Shown here: positions 8,254 through 17,530 of the stretch, in pieces | Position numbering within the stretch: the stretch's first letter is position 1 | Layout: every line of letters starts with the position of its first letter | Position numbers and translations under genes: made by a program | Source: Planctomycetaceae bacterium | GTDB taxonomy: Bacteria; Planctomycetota; Planctomycetia; Pirellulales; PNKZ01 | NCBI GenBank assembly: GCA_016793115.1 | Contig: JAEUIN010000306.1 | Coordinates: 6,218-70,217, forward strand | Reading direction: 5' to 3' | Length of the DNA stretch: 64,000 nucleotides | The notes under the pieces: generated by a model | Database searches by the model: none | Told to the model about the DNA's origin: nothing | The model's input: only the letters and a program-made list of their open reading frames with translations

Positions 8254-9579
8254 ATGAACACTTCCATGACCTCCGTCAACAACGGTCTCCACACCGTGAC
8301 CGCCGAGGAGCACGAGTTCCAGCGCGTGAAGTCGGCGCTGCACGAGCAGCTCGTCGAGTCGTTCGACTTGTCGAAGATCACCCGCGTCAATCGTCAGCAG
8401 CTCGCCGACGAAGTTCGCCACATGGCGAATAGCGCGTTCGGCGCCCGCAAAGACCTGGCGAAGATCGACCGCAGCCGTCTGATGGACGAGCTGATGGACG
8501 AGATTTTCGGCTTCGGTCCGCTCGAGCGCCTGCTCAAAGACCCGACGGTCAACGATATCCTCGTCAACGACCCGAAGACCGTGTATGTCGAACGCCGCGG
8601 CAAGCTCGAGCTGACCGACGTGCAGTTCGCCGACGACGGCCACTTGATCCGCATCATTCAAAAGATCGTCGCCAAGCTCGGCCGTCGCATCGACGAATCG
8701 AGCCCGATGGTCGACGCCCGCCTTCCCGACGGCTCCCGCGTGAACGCGGTGATTCCGCCGTTGGCGCTCGACGGCCCGACGCTCTCGATTCGCCGTTTCG
8801 GCGCGGAGCCGCTGAAGATCGAAGACTTGCTGAACTTCGGCTCGATCCTGCCCGACATGGTGAAGTTCGTCGCCGGCGCGGTCGAGGCCCGCTGCAGCAT
8901 TCTGATCTCCGGCGGTACCGGCGCCGGTAAGACGACGTTGCTCAACGCCTTCTCGCGCTACATTCCGGCCGGCGAACGGATCATCACGATCGAAGACTCC
9001 GCCGAACTCATTCTCCAGCATCGTCACCGCATCCGCATGGAAACCCGACCGCCGAACACCGAAGGTCTCGGCGCGGTCACCCAGCGCGATCTGGTTCGCA
9101 ACAGCTTGCGTATGCGTCCCGACCGCATCATCGTCGGCGAAGTCCGCGGGCCGGAAGTCTGGGACATGCTCCAGGCGATGAACACCGGCCACGAAGGCTC
9201 GATGACGACGATTCACGCCAACTCGGCGGCCGACGCCCTCACCCGCTTGGAAATGATGGTCGCGATGACCGGCATCGAGTTGCCGATCAACGTGATTCGT
9301 CAGTACACGGCGGCGGGCATTAACCTCGTCGTTCACGGCTCGCGCCTCAAGGGCGGACCGCGCCGGATCATGCAGGTTTCGGAAATCGTCGGCATCAAAG
9401 ACGGCCAGTACGTCCTGCAAGACGTGTTCGGCTTCGAGCAGACGGGCGTCGACGCCGAAGGAACCGCCGTGGGCGAATTCTACGCGACCGGCTACAAGCC
9501 GAAGTGTTTGAACCGTCTCAAGGCCGCGGGCGTCCACTTGCCGGACGACATGTTCACCGCCCGCCGCATCCGACAATAA
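8254..9579 (+). CDS. cpaF: CpaF/TadA secretion ATPase
   Basis: Walker [31 protein letters not shown] and the full VirB11/CpaF-like core are present. ATG 8254 lies 2 nt after the tadG stop. Confidence 0.95.
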   Translation: MNTSMTSVNNGLHTVTAEEHEFQRVKSALHEQLVESFDLSKITRVNRQQLADEVRHMANSAFGARKDLAKIDRSRLMDELMDEIFGFGPLERLLKDPTVNDILVNDPKTVYVERRGKLELTDVQFADDGHLIRIIQKIVAKLGRRIDESSPMVDARLPDGSRVNAVIPPLALDGPTLSIRRFGAEPLKIEDLLNFGSILPDMVKFVAGAVEARCSILISGGTGAGKTTLLNAFSRYIPAGERIITIEDSAELILQHRHRIRMETRPPNTEGLGAVTQRDLVRNSLRMRPDRIIVGEVRGPEVWDMLQAMNTGHEGSMTTIHANSAADALTRLEMMVAMTGIELPINVIRQYTAAGINLVVHGSRLKGGPRRIMQVSEIVGIKDGQYVLQDVFGFEQTGVDAEGTAVGEFYATGYKPKCLNRLKAAGVHLPDDMFTARRIRQ

Positions 9580-9650
9580 CCGACCCCGACCGCTCAGCGA
9601 ACTCGAACCGACTCCGAACTCCTAAGCCGAATTATCGGCGGACGAAGACC

Positions 9651-10577
9651 ATGGATACGACCTATCTCCTCTACTTCGGGATGCTCGCCGTTCTGATCGT
9701 CGCGGCGATCTATCTGATCGTTCGCGACCTGAACGCGGCGAAGCCGAGTGCGGCGGCCGACGACGAAACGCCCCGGCTCTCGACCTTGCCGTTCGCCGGC
9801 GAACAGACCGTTCCCGACGGCATGTCGGAACGGTTCGATTACCGCTTCCGCGAGCTGATTTATCAATCCGGGATCGATATCGTTCCCGAAGCGGCGTTTC
9901 TCGTGATGGTGTTCTGCGGTTTGGTCACCGGCGGCGGCGTGTTTCTCTGGCGCGACGACCTGTTGATGGCGGTGCTCGCCTTCGTCCCCGGCTTCGTCGC
10001 TCCGTATGTGTACTACGTCGTGCGACGCAACGGCCGCATGAAAATGCTCCGCGAACTATTGCCCGGGTCGATGGAAACCATATCGCGCGCCGTCCGCGCC
10101 GGCGAAACCTTGGACCAGGCGATCGACGTCACCGGCAAGAGCACGATGGAACCGCTCGGCGTCGAATGGCGTCGCACGGCCCGGCACCTCGACATGGGGC
10201 TCTCCATGCCGGCCGCGATGAAGTCGATGACGAAGCGGGCTCCGCTGATGGAGCTGCGCATCTTGTCGACCGCGCTCAACGTGCAACGCCGCACGGGCGG
10301 TAACTTGGGCGCGACGCTTGATCGACTGTCGCACGTGATCCGCGACCGCTTGAGCTACCAACGTTCGTTCCAAGCCGCGACCGGCGCGAGCCGCATGGCG
10401 ACGATTCTCATCGCCTTGGCCGGTCCGCTGGTGTTCACGTACATGATGATCTTCCAGCCCGACTATATGGGGCAATTCTTCAACCTGCCCGGCGGAACGA
10501 CGTTGCTCGCCGTCGCCGGCGTGTTGCAAGTGATCGGCCTGACGTGGGTGTTCGGTCTGCTTCGTAACGACTACTAA
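9651..10577 (+). CDS. tadB: TadB (T2SS-F domain inner-membrane platform protein)
   Basis: T2SSF-like region LPGSMETISRAVRAGETLDQAI ... LRILSTALNVQRRTGGNL with flanking TM helices. Confidence 0.85.
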   Translation: MDTTYLLYFGMLAVLIVAAIYLIVRDLNAAKPSAAADDETPRLSTLPFAGEQTVPDGMSERFDYRFRELIYQSGIDIVPEAAFLVMVFCGLVTGGGVFLWRDDLLMAVLAFVPGFVAPYVYYVVRRNGRMKMLRELLPGSMETISRAVRAGETLDQAIDVTGKSTMEPLGVEWRRTARHLDMGLSMPAAMKSMTKRAPLMELRILSTALNVQRRTGGNLGATLDRLSHVIRDRLSYQRSFQAATGASRMATILIALAGPLVFTYMMIFQPDYMGQFFNLPGGTTLLAVAGVLQVIGLTWVFGLLRNDY

Positions 10578-10673
10578 TCAATCAACGACGGGGTACCGGG
10601 GAGTCGCTCGTCGACCCGCCGGACCCGCCGACGCTTCGCTTCCGACAACGCGTTCCTTATCGCGACTACCGCC

Positions 10674-11594
10674 ATGTTGATCAACGTATTGACCGTCCTC
10701 GCCTTTCTCGCCATCGTCGCCGCGGTGCTGGTGATTCGCGCGCTTGTGTTGAGCTGGCAAGGAACGTTTGCCGCACAGGCGACCGTCGACGACGGTCGCG
10801 GCTACGCGCCGACCGACCCGGTGTTCGGCGACTTCACCGATCCGCTGGCGGCTCAATTGCCGCTGCTCGGGTCGACGGAAGATTCGCTGGAGCACGACTT
10901 GCGGCGGGCCGGCTACTACAAGCCGACGGCGCGGAACGAGTTTCTCGCGCTCCGCAACATCATGGCGATCGGCGTGATCATCTTCGTCGGCGTCACCGCG
11001 GTGATGGTCGGCCCGGAACGTCGCGACTTGCTGGCCAAGATCTTGATCTGGGGCTTCGCGGCCGCGGCGCTCGCCTACATCTTGCCGTGGTTGTTCCTGC
11101 GTTCGAAGGTTCGCCGCCGCACGGCATTGATTCAGCGCGGATTGCCCGACGCCTTCGACATGCTCACGATGTGCTTGTCGGGCGGCTTGGGCGTGAACGA
11201 CTCGCTCGCGCACGTGAGCCGCGAGATCTACTCGGCGCACCCGGACCTGGGCGTGGAATTGGAAATCGTTCGCCGGCACGCGGAGATGAGCTCGCTCGGC
11301 GACGCCTTCCGCCAGTTCGCCGCCCGGATCGATATTCCGGAAACCGCCGCTTTGAAGGCGCTCATGCAACAAACCGAACGGCTCGGCACGAACGTCGTGC
11401 AGGCCGTGAAAGACTTCGCCGACGACATTCGCACCCGGCAGCGCCAGACGGCCGACGAACGCGCGAGCAAGGCGGGCATCAAGCTCTTGTTCCCGCTCGT
11501 GTTCTGCCTGGCCCCGGCGGCGATGATCATCCTCTGGGGCCCGGCCTTGCTTGAGCTTCGCAACTTCTTCCGCACCTTCAATCCGGGCGGCTAG
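10674..11594 (+). CDS. tadC: TadC (T2SS-F domain inner-membrane platform protein)
   Basis: T2SSF-like region LPDAFDMLTMCLSGGLGVNDSL ... LMQQTERLGTNV with TM helices. It immediately follows tadB. Confidence 0.85.
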   Translation: MLINVLTVLAFLAIVAAVLVIRALVLSWQGTFAAQATVDDGRGYAPTDPVFGDFTDPLAAQLPLLGSTEDSLEHDLRRAGYYKPTARNEFLALRNIMAIGVIIFVGVTAVMVGPERRDLLAKILIWGFAAAALAYILPWLFLRSKVRRRTALIQRGLPDAFDMLTMCLSGGLGVNDSLAHVSREIYSAHPDLGVELEIVRRHAEMSSLGDAFRQFAARIDIPETAALKALMQQTERLGTNVVQAVKDFADDIRTRQRQTADERASKAGIKLLFPLVFCLAPAAMIILWGPALLELRNFFRTFNPGG

Positions 11595-11872
11595 TCGAGC
11601 GGACGTCGCGGCGAGAGCAGGCCGATGACGGCGACGAAGATCGTCGCTCCGATGATCGACCAGATCACCGGAAACGCCTCGCCGCCGATCTGCACGACGA
11701 AGATTTCACCGAGCCCGAGCGCCGCCGCGATCCGCGGACCGATCAGCGCTCCGATGAAGCCGACGGCGATCGCCACCAAGCAGCCGCCGCGCGAAAAGCC
11801 GGCGATCGCTTGGCCGATGGCTCCGCAAATGCCCGCGATGCAGAGCCAAACGATAAATTGCATGAGCGTCAT
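11591..11872 (-). CDS. GlsB/YeaQ/YmgE-family small transmembrane stress protein
   Basis: 93 aa, Gly-rich helices (CIAGICGAIGQAIAGF...IGALIGPRIAAALG). Its 3' end overlaps the tadC stop by 4 nt (convergent). Confidence 0.8.
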   Translation of the reverse strand: MTLMQFIVWLCIAGICGAIGQAIAGFSRGGCLVAIAVGFIGALIGPRIAAALGLGEIFVVQIGGEAFPVIWSIIGATIFVAVIGLLSPRRPLD

Positions 11873-11966
11873 GGTGTTGCCCTCAACTGCTTAGAAACGT
11901 GCGGAACGTTTACGTAAAGCAAATCGAGTGCCGCAACCCGGGCGACCGCGACGCCGAGCGCGGATG

Positions 11967-13436
11967 TCAGTTCCGTTGCTCGATCCGGTAGAGATGCGAG
12001 TCGGTGCGGAGGAAGAACGACTTGCCGGCGACCGACAGCCCGGCGAGCGTTTCCCCGTCGACTTGATTGACCGCGAGCTCGTTGAATTCATCTCCCGGTG
12101 CGAGGACAGTGCACTTGCCGTTTTCGTCGAGCAAGTAGACGCGTCCGTCGGCCAAAAGGGGCGAAGCCGACCAATTTCCCCCGATTCGGCGCTGCCATAT
12201 CTCTAGGCCGTCGCCGGCATTTAGGACGGACAGAATCCCCTTGTCGCTAATCATGTAGAGTCTCTGATCGATGATGAGCGGCGAGGGATTCAGCGGCACC
12301 GCCTTTTTGGTCGTCCAAGCGACGTGGGTCTCGCTGACGTCGCCGCGGCCGCCGAGTTTGATGGCGTACATGCTCGGAGAATCGTAGCCGGTGCAGACGA
12401 TGACGAGCCCGCCGGCGACGACCGGGCGGGGGACGAGGGAGTAGCCGTCGTACTTGCAGCGCCAGATTTCTTTGCCGGTTTCCGGCTCATAGGCGATTAC
12501 GGCGTCGCCGCCGGTGCTAATGAGCTGCACTTGCCCGTCGACGTCGACCAAGAGCGGCGTGCTATAGGCCATGCGTCCTTCGCGCATCTCTTTCCAGCGG
12601 ATTTTGCCCGTGTGTTTGTCGAGGGCGACGACGTATTGCACGTCTGTGCCGTCGCACGAGAGCAGCAGCAGGTCTTTGTAGACGACCGGCGAGCCGCCCG
12701 GGCCGTGGCGATGGTCGTACTTCAATTCTTGCGTCTTCCAAACGATTTGGCCGCCGCTGGTGAGGCAGGCCGTGCCGTGCTTGCCGAAGTGGACGTAAAC
12801 CTTATCGCCGTCGAGAATCGGCGTCGGCGAGGCATGGCTGTTCTTCTTGTGGATCTTGCCGGGTTCGTCGATCCTGAACACGAGCACGCTGTGAATGATC
12901 TTGCCGCTCTCGCGGTCGAGGCAAATTGCCCGGAGTTCGATGGGCGGATATTTCTCCTGTTTGGGGCCTGCGGCGGCGCCGTCGACCGGCTTCTGCTCGG
13001 CGTCGGGCTTAGGGGCATCAACCTCAGGCGGCAGCGGTAATTCGACCGAGGTCGTCAGCCAAACCTGATTGTCTTGAATGACCGTGCTTGACCAGCCGCG
13101 TCCGGCGATCGGCGTCTTCCAAACGACGTTTTTGGTCTCGCTCCACTCCAGCGGCAAGCCGCGCTGGGCGACATGTCCTTCACCGCCGGGTCCACGAAAC
13201 TGCGGCCAAAGAAACTCGCCGCCGGGCATCGCCACCGGCATGGCCTTAGCGACCGGCACGGAAAGCGCCTCGGGGGATGCCGCGATAAGACCGACAATCA
13301 GAAGGCCGATGGAACTCACGAAGGTAGCTCCCAATGTTGGGATGATTTGAAGAACAAGTGGGATGGCGGGAAGGCGACCGGAGCGGTCGACAAATGATCG
13401 CACGTGCCGGCGAATAGGGTTCTGGCGGGACGCCAA
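11967..13436 (-). CDS. PQQ-like beta-propeller repeat protein (BamB-like fold), secreted
   Basis: Repeated W/propeller blades (VVWKTPIAGRGWSS, GGQIVWKTQEL, GKIRWKE, GKEIWRCKY, GLEIWQRRIGG). The start is uncertain: TTG 13436, or GTG 13319 preceded by GGGAG. Confidence 0.8.
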   Translation of the reverse strand: MASRQNPIRRHVRSFVDRSGRLPAIPLVLQIIPTLGATFVSSIGLLIVGLIAASPEALSVPVAKAMPVAMPGGEFLWPQFRGPGGEGHVAQRGLPLEWSETKNVVWKTPIAGRGWSSTVIQDNQVWLTTSVELPLPPEVDAPKPDAEQKPVDGAAAGPKQEKYPPIELRAICLDRESGKIIHSVLVFRIDEPGKIHKKNSHASPTPILDGDKVYVHFGKHGTACLTSGGQIVWKTQELKYDHRHGPGGSPVVYKDLLLLSCDGTDVQYVVALDKHTGKIRWKEMREGRMAYSTPLLVDVDGQVQLISTGGDAVIAYEPETGKEIWRCKYDGYSLVPRPVVAGGLVIVCTGYDSPSMYAIKLGGRGDVSETHVAWTTKKAVPLNPSPLIIDQRLYMISDKGILSVLNAGDGLEIWQRRIGGNWSASPLLADGRVYLLDENGKCTVLAPGDEFNELAVNQVDGETLAGLSVAGKSFFLRTDSHLYRIEQRN

Positions 13437-13627
13437 ATTGGTCCTAGGACGGCAATTGCGGCTTTTCTAGGGGGGAAAAACAGAGGAGGCTCACGTCCAG
13501 GGTAATGACTCGGCACGGCAAATGCAAAACTGAGGCTCACGACCGGAAGGCTACCCAGTTGAACCGCCTCGTGACGAGCAGCTTGCGAGCGGCCTTTCCG
13601 GACCACACGCCAAGGAGTGAAGTTGTC

Positions 13628-13813
13628 ATGTCCAGTATGCGTACGGGCTTTGCCGCCCTGATGATGGCCGCCGCTTGTTTCGTCGGCTGCGAGAAAGAAT
13701 CGTCTGTAAAGACCGAAAAGACCGTGACAGGTTCCGACGGTCAGACCAAAGTCACGACGGAAACGAAAGTGGAAAAGAGCGGCAGCAATCCGCCTCCTGC
13801 CGGCACCCCATAA
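13628..13813 (+). CDS. Small lipoprotein (61 aa)
   Basis: AAGGAG RBS 7 nt before ATG 13628. The signal peptide carries a lipobox (AAACFVG/C). The mature part is T/K/E-rich. Confidence 0.55.
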   Translation: MSSMRTGFAALMMAAACFVGCEKESSVKTEKTVTGSDGQTKVTTETKVEKSGSNPPPAGTP

Positions 13814-13919
13814 GTGCCGACCCCCGTCGCCCCGACTTTCGCCCCTTTTCGTCGAAAGCCTGAGCGAAGAGTCCGAGCGATCGCTCGACGTTGCCCTCAA
13901 CGAGCGGTCGTTCGGGTCG

Positions 13920-13955
13920 AGCCTTCCCGCGTCCATCGCGGGAAGGCTTTTTTTG
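13920..13955 (+). terminator. Rho-independent terminator
   Basis: Stem GCCTTCCCGC (13921-13930) pairs with GCGGGAAGGC (13938-13947) around a 7-nt loop, followed by TTTTTTT. Confidence 0.6.
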
Positions 13956-14054
13956 TTGGCAGAACGTGAGCCGAAAAGTTGACGTCAAGCTTTCGGGCGG
14001 CGACAACCTAGCGACGTCGCTAATCCGCTTTCCCGCTTGCCGACCGATCTTGCC

Positions 14055-15002
14055 ATGCCCGACTTCGCCGCCCTTCCTCTGCCCGCCGGCGTCGCCGAGC
14101 AGCCGAAGCCCGCCGTTGCGCTTGTGTTCACCGAAGGCCCGGCCGTCGATGCCGACGGCACCGTTTATTTCTCCGATATCATCGGTAATCGAATCCTCAA
14201 ACGCTCCCCCGACGGCACGCTGAGCACCTTTCGAGAACCAAGCGGGCGGACCAACGGCAACACGTTCGATCGGGAAGGTCGGCTCTTGCATTGCGAAGGG
14301 GCCGACTTCGGTCCCGGCGGTCATCGGCGCGTGGCGCGTACCGATCTTAAGACCGGCGCCTACGAAGTGCTCACCGAGCGTTACGACGGCAAGCGTTACA
14401 ACGCTCCCAACGATATCTGCGTCGACGGCCACGGGCGGATCTATTTCACCGACCCGTGTTATTTCGATCGTTCGTCGATGGAAATGACGGATGAAAGCGT
14501 TTATCGCATCGACACCGACGATCGCGTGACGCGGATCATCACCCAACCGGCGATTCAACGCCCCAACGGCATCGCGGTGACTCAAGACGGCAAACACTTG
14601 TACCTCGTCGACAGCTGTCCGATCGTCGGCGGTCATCGAAAGATCTGGGGTTTCGATCTCGACGACCGGGGCTTCCCGGGTAATCAGCGCGTGGTGTTCG
14701 ATTTCGCGCCGGGCCGCGGAGGCGACGGCATGCGTCTCGACGTCAACGGCAATCTCTGGGTCGCTGCGGGCATCATGACGCCGCGCGGTCCGCACGAGAC
14801 GACGCTCGTGCCGCCGGGGCTGTACCACATTTCGCCGCAAGGCAAGTTACTGGGTCGCATTCCGATCGGCGAAGACGTGCTGACGAACCTCGCCTTCGGC
14901 GGTCCCGATGGGAAAACGCTCTACGTCACCGCCGGCAAGACGCTCTTTTCGTTGCGTATGCCCGTCGCCGGCCAAGTCGCTTTTCCGAAATGGCACGATT
15001 AG
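14055..15002 (+). CDS. SMP-30/gluconolactonase/LRE-family protein
   Basis: TEGPAVDADGTVYFSD, NGNTFDREGRLL, PNDICVDGHGRIYFTDP, PNGIAVTQDGKHLYLVDS and DGMRLDVNGNLWVA are six-blade lactonase signatures. Confidence 0.85.
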   Translation: MPDFAALPLPAGVAEQPKPAVALVFTEGPAVDADGTVYFSDIIGNRILKRSPDGTLSTFREPSGRTNGNTFDREGRLLHCEGADFGPGGHRRVARTDLKTGAYEVLTERYDGKRYNAPNDICVDGHGRIYFTDPCYFDRSSMEMTDESVYRIDTDDRVTRIITQPAIQRPNGIAVTQDGKHLYLVDSCPIVGGHRKIWGFDLDDRGFPGNQRVVFDFAPGRGGDGMRLDVNGNLWVAAGIMTPRGPHETTLVPPGLYHISPQGKLLGRIPIGEDVLTNLAFGGPDGKTLYVTAGKTLFSLRMPVAGQVAFPKWHD

Positions 15003-15190
15003 TCGCCAAGCTTGCTGTTCTCTTATGAAACAGCTTGGTGAGTTGTCCGGCGATTGAGAATCGTCCACCGGCGCACTACCGCAGGAAATGCTTGCGGAAA
15101 CGACACTTTTGCGCGCTCGGGCACCTTCTTTGCCCTACGCGCCTCCCAACGTCTGAGGAAGACATTTCACTTCATAATCACATCGGGAGA

Positions 15191-16684
15191 ATGGACATGA
15201 AAATCGTCAACTTGATGGCCGCAGCGGCCGTCGCAATCGGCGGTTGGGCGACGGCCTATGCCGCCGATGAGGAACCCAAGTCGTCGGACACGCCGGCCGC
15301 CTCGTCCTCGACTTCGGATAAACCTGCCGGTTCCAATGCGTCGACCAATAAGTCGACCGATAAACCATCGGGATCGTCGTCATCTTCGGGCTCGGCCTCG
15401 GGCACTAGTTCGTCGGGCGATACGCCGTCGACCTCGTCATCCAATACGTCGGATCAACCGCAGGCATCCGGAAATGCTTCGACAAGCGGTTCCGCCTCGA
15501 CCGGAACAGCGGCAAATGCGAGCGGCGGCGTCAACGCTGGAACGTCGGGTAGTTCCTCGAATCCGACCGCCTCGGGTAGTGTAAGCGGCAACGTTTCCAC
15601 TCCGGCGGGCGGCGCTTCGGCCACCGTCGGCGGTCAAGCAGGCACGGCGGGCTCGGCGCCCACTGCCGGCGCATCGACGTCGGGCGCGGCGCAAGCCGGC
15701 GCGAACATGCCCAGCAACTCCGCCTCGGGTTCGGCGCAAACGTCGACCTCCGGCCAAAGTTCGACGACTTCACAAGATCCCGCGAGCACTTCGGCCAACA
15801 CGAATGCCAACTCGAACACGTCAGCCAACCCGGGTAACAACGCGAACGTCAATTCGAATACGAATGCCAATGCCGACGTCAACGCCGGCGAGAGCGGCAA
15901 TGCAAACCTCAACGCCGCTACCAATTTAAACGCCGCCGCAAACGCCGCCCAAAACATCAATGCTCAAACGGCGACGCGTGTTAGCTCCTCACTGGGCTTG
16001 AACTGGGCCGCGACAGCGGCGAACGCCGGCCTGACAATCGCTGATCTGACGCAGAGCACCGCGTTTCGCGGCGTCGGCTTCATGCCCGGTGATCAAATCG
16101 TTTCCGTCGGCGGCCAAACGATCGCGAACCCCGTCGATTTCGCTCGTTACGTCTACACGGTTCAACTTGGCCAGCAGGTTCCGATCATCGTGACACGCAA
16201 CGGCGTTCAACAAACGCTTTACTGGACCCCGGATCAGCAGTTCGTGCAGTTGCTACCTCAGGAATATCGCGCGGCTTCGGTTATGCCTGCCGCCCCGGAC
16301 GCCGAATACCTCGGCATTCGCCTCGATCCGCGCGAGCAGCAAGCCGTCGTCGTAGCATCGGTCGCGCCGAATAGTCCTGCCGCGGAAGCGGGCGTTCGCT
16401 CGGGCGACATGATCACGGCCGTGAACCGTACGCCGGTGCACACCCCGGCCGAGTTTGTCGACATCGCCTCGCAACTTGGCCCGAACGACCCGGTCCAGCT
16501 GTCGTTGAACCGCGTGCAAAACGTCAATGTCTCGCCCGTTCAACGAACGTCCGTCGTCGTCGACGTGACGCCGGTCGCCCCGGCTCCCGCCGCGCCGGGC
16601 GTCGTCGTGCCGGCAGGTCGCCCGGTTCGGGTCGCTCCGGCTCCCGGCGGTCCGGTTCGCCGGATCATTCGTGGTCGTCCGTAG
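15191..16684 (+). CDS. Secreted protein: signal peptide, about 240 aa S/T/N/A/G low-complexity region, two PDZ domains, Pro/Val-rich basic tail
   Basis: GGGAGA RBS and a signal peptide ending ATAYA. PDZ-like segments are GVGFMPGDQIVSVGGQTI...IIVTRNG and LGIRLD...VVASVAPNSPAAEAGVRSGDMITAVNRTPV. Confidence 0.8.
   Translation: MDMKIVNLMAAAAVAIGGWATAYAADEEPKSSDTPAASSSTSDKPAGSNASTNKSTDKPSGSSSSSGSASGTSSSGDTPSTSSSNTSDQPQASGNASTSGSASTGTAANASGGVNAGTSGSSSNPTASGSVSGNVSTPAGGASATVGGQAGTAGSAPTAGASTSGAAQAGANMPSNSASGSAQTSTSGQSSTTSQDPASTSANTNANSNTSANPGNNANVNSNTNANADVNAGESGNANLNAATNLNAAANAAQNINAQTATRVSSSLGLNWAATAANAGLTIADLTQSTAFRGVGFMPGDQIVSVGGQTIANPVDFARYVYTVQLGQQVPIIVTRNGVQQTLYWTPDQQFVQLLPQEYRAASVMPAAPDAEYLGIRLDPREQQAVVVASVAPNSPAAEAGVRSGDMITAVNRTPVHTPAEFVDIASQLGPNDPVQLSLNRVQNVNVSPVQRTSVVVDVTPVAPAPAAPGVVVPAGRPVRVAPAPGGPVRRIIRGRP
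15263..15982 (+). repeat. Coding low-complexity tract (Ser/Thr-rich, then alternating Asn-x)
   Basis: Translation SSSTSDKPAGSNASTNKSTDKPSGSSSSSGSASGTSSSG ... TNANSNTSANPGNNANVNSNTNANADVNAGESGNANLNAATNLNAAANAAQNINAQ. Confidence 0.9.
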
Positions 16685-16711
16685 TCGACCCGCAAATTGA
16701 GCGTTTGGAAG

Positions 16712-16754
16712 GCGGAGCCGGTTCCCAGCGAGCCGGCTCCGCTTTTTTTGTTTT
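16712..16754 (+). terminator. Rho-independent terminator
   Basis: Stem GCGGAGCCGG (16712-16721) pairs with CCGGCTCCGC (16733-16742), followed by TTTTTTTGTTTT. Confidence 0.75.
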
Positions 16755-16982
16755 CGGCAGGCAACCCGAAAGCCGCGCCGGCTCCCACTGGCTGTCGTTC
16801 CAAGAGTCGGAAATAATTGCCGACAGAGACATCATTAACTCTTAATTTCCGGCCAAGTTGCGTTCCTTTTCGGAACTGTCCTGCAAGACTGTTCCTGCGG
16901 CGGCAACTATTTGACTGACGGGTCGGTCGTGATGCCGACAACTGAGGCCGAGGGCAAGCTCGGCCGACGGGAAGGATTGCCG

Positions 16983-17528
16983 ATGGGACAACCGGCCGCG
17001 AAGCCGTCGATCGACTGGAACGCCGAACTTGCGCGCCACGAGCGTTGGCTGCGCTGCGTGATTTATGCGCGCCTCGGCGATCGTTCCGGCGTCGACGAAG
17101 TGTTGCAGGAAGTCTCGCTGGCGGCCGTCCGACAGCAAGCGCCGATTCAAGACGCAACCAAGGTTGGGCCGTGGCTCTATCGCCTCGCCGTGACTCAGTC
17201 GCTGCTTTATCGGCGCAAGTTGGGTCGCAAGCGGAAACTCGTCGAGCGCTATGCCGAAAAAGTGCGGCCGAGCGAGGGGGATTGCCGTCACGTCGACCCG
17301 CTCGACTGGTTGCTTGGTGATGAGCGGCGTCAACTGATTCGCAAGGCTCTGAAGCAACTACCGCCCCGCGACGCGGAGATCCTTCTGTTGAAGTATGTCG
17401 AGGATTGGAATTATCACCAAATCGCCGCTCGCTTAGGAATTAGTCATAGCGCCGTCGAAACGAGATTACATCGAGCCCGCGCAAGGATGCGTGCGGCCTT
17501 GACCGAATTGCAGGTGGTGGAGAGTTAG
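16983..17528 (+). CDS. ECF-type RNA polymerase sigma-70 factor
   Basis: Region 2 (LQEVSLAAV...WLYRLAVTQSLLYRRK) and region 4 HTH (YHQIAARLGISHSAVETRLHRARARM). The start is uncertain: ATG 16983 after GAAGGA, or ATG 16932 / TTG 16911. Confidence 0.85.
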   Translation: MGQPAAKPSIDWNAELARHERWLRCVIYARLGDRSGVDEVLQEVSLAAVRQQAPIQDATKVGPWLYRLAVTQSLLYRRKLGRKRKLVERYAEKVRPSEGDCRHVDPLDWLLGDERRQLIRKALKQLPPRDAEILLLKYVEDWNYHQIAARLGISHSAVETRLHRARARMRAALTELQVVES

Positions 17529-17530
17529 CG

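Noticed and set aside
14991-15007. Sigma-54-like TGGCACGATTAGTCGCC upstream of the double-PDZ gene, and TGGCACGCGATCATGCA at 53930-53946
   Set aside because: The -12 element is displaced by one base and is not TTGC. The second site lies inside a coding region. Neither is good enough to call a target of the local EBP.
15003-15050. Imperfect hairpin CCAAGCT(tgc)TGTT...AACAGCTTGG after the gluconolactonase gene
   Set aside because: The stem is bulged and there is no T-tract, so it is too weak to list as a terminator.
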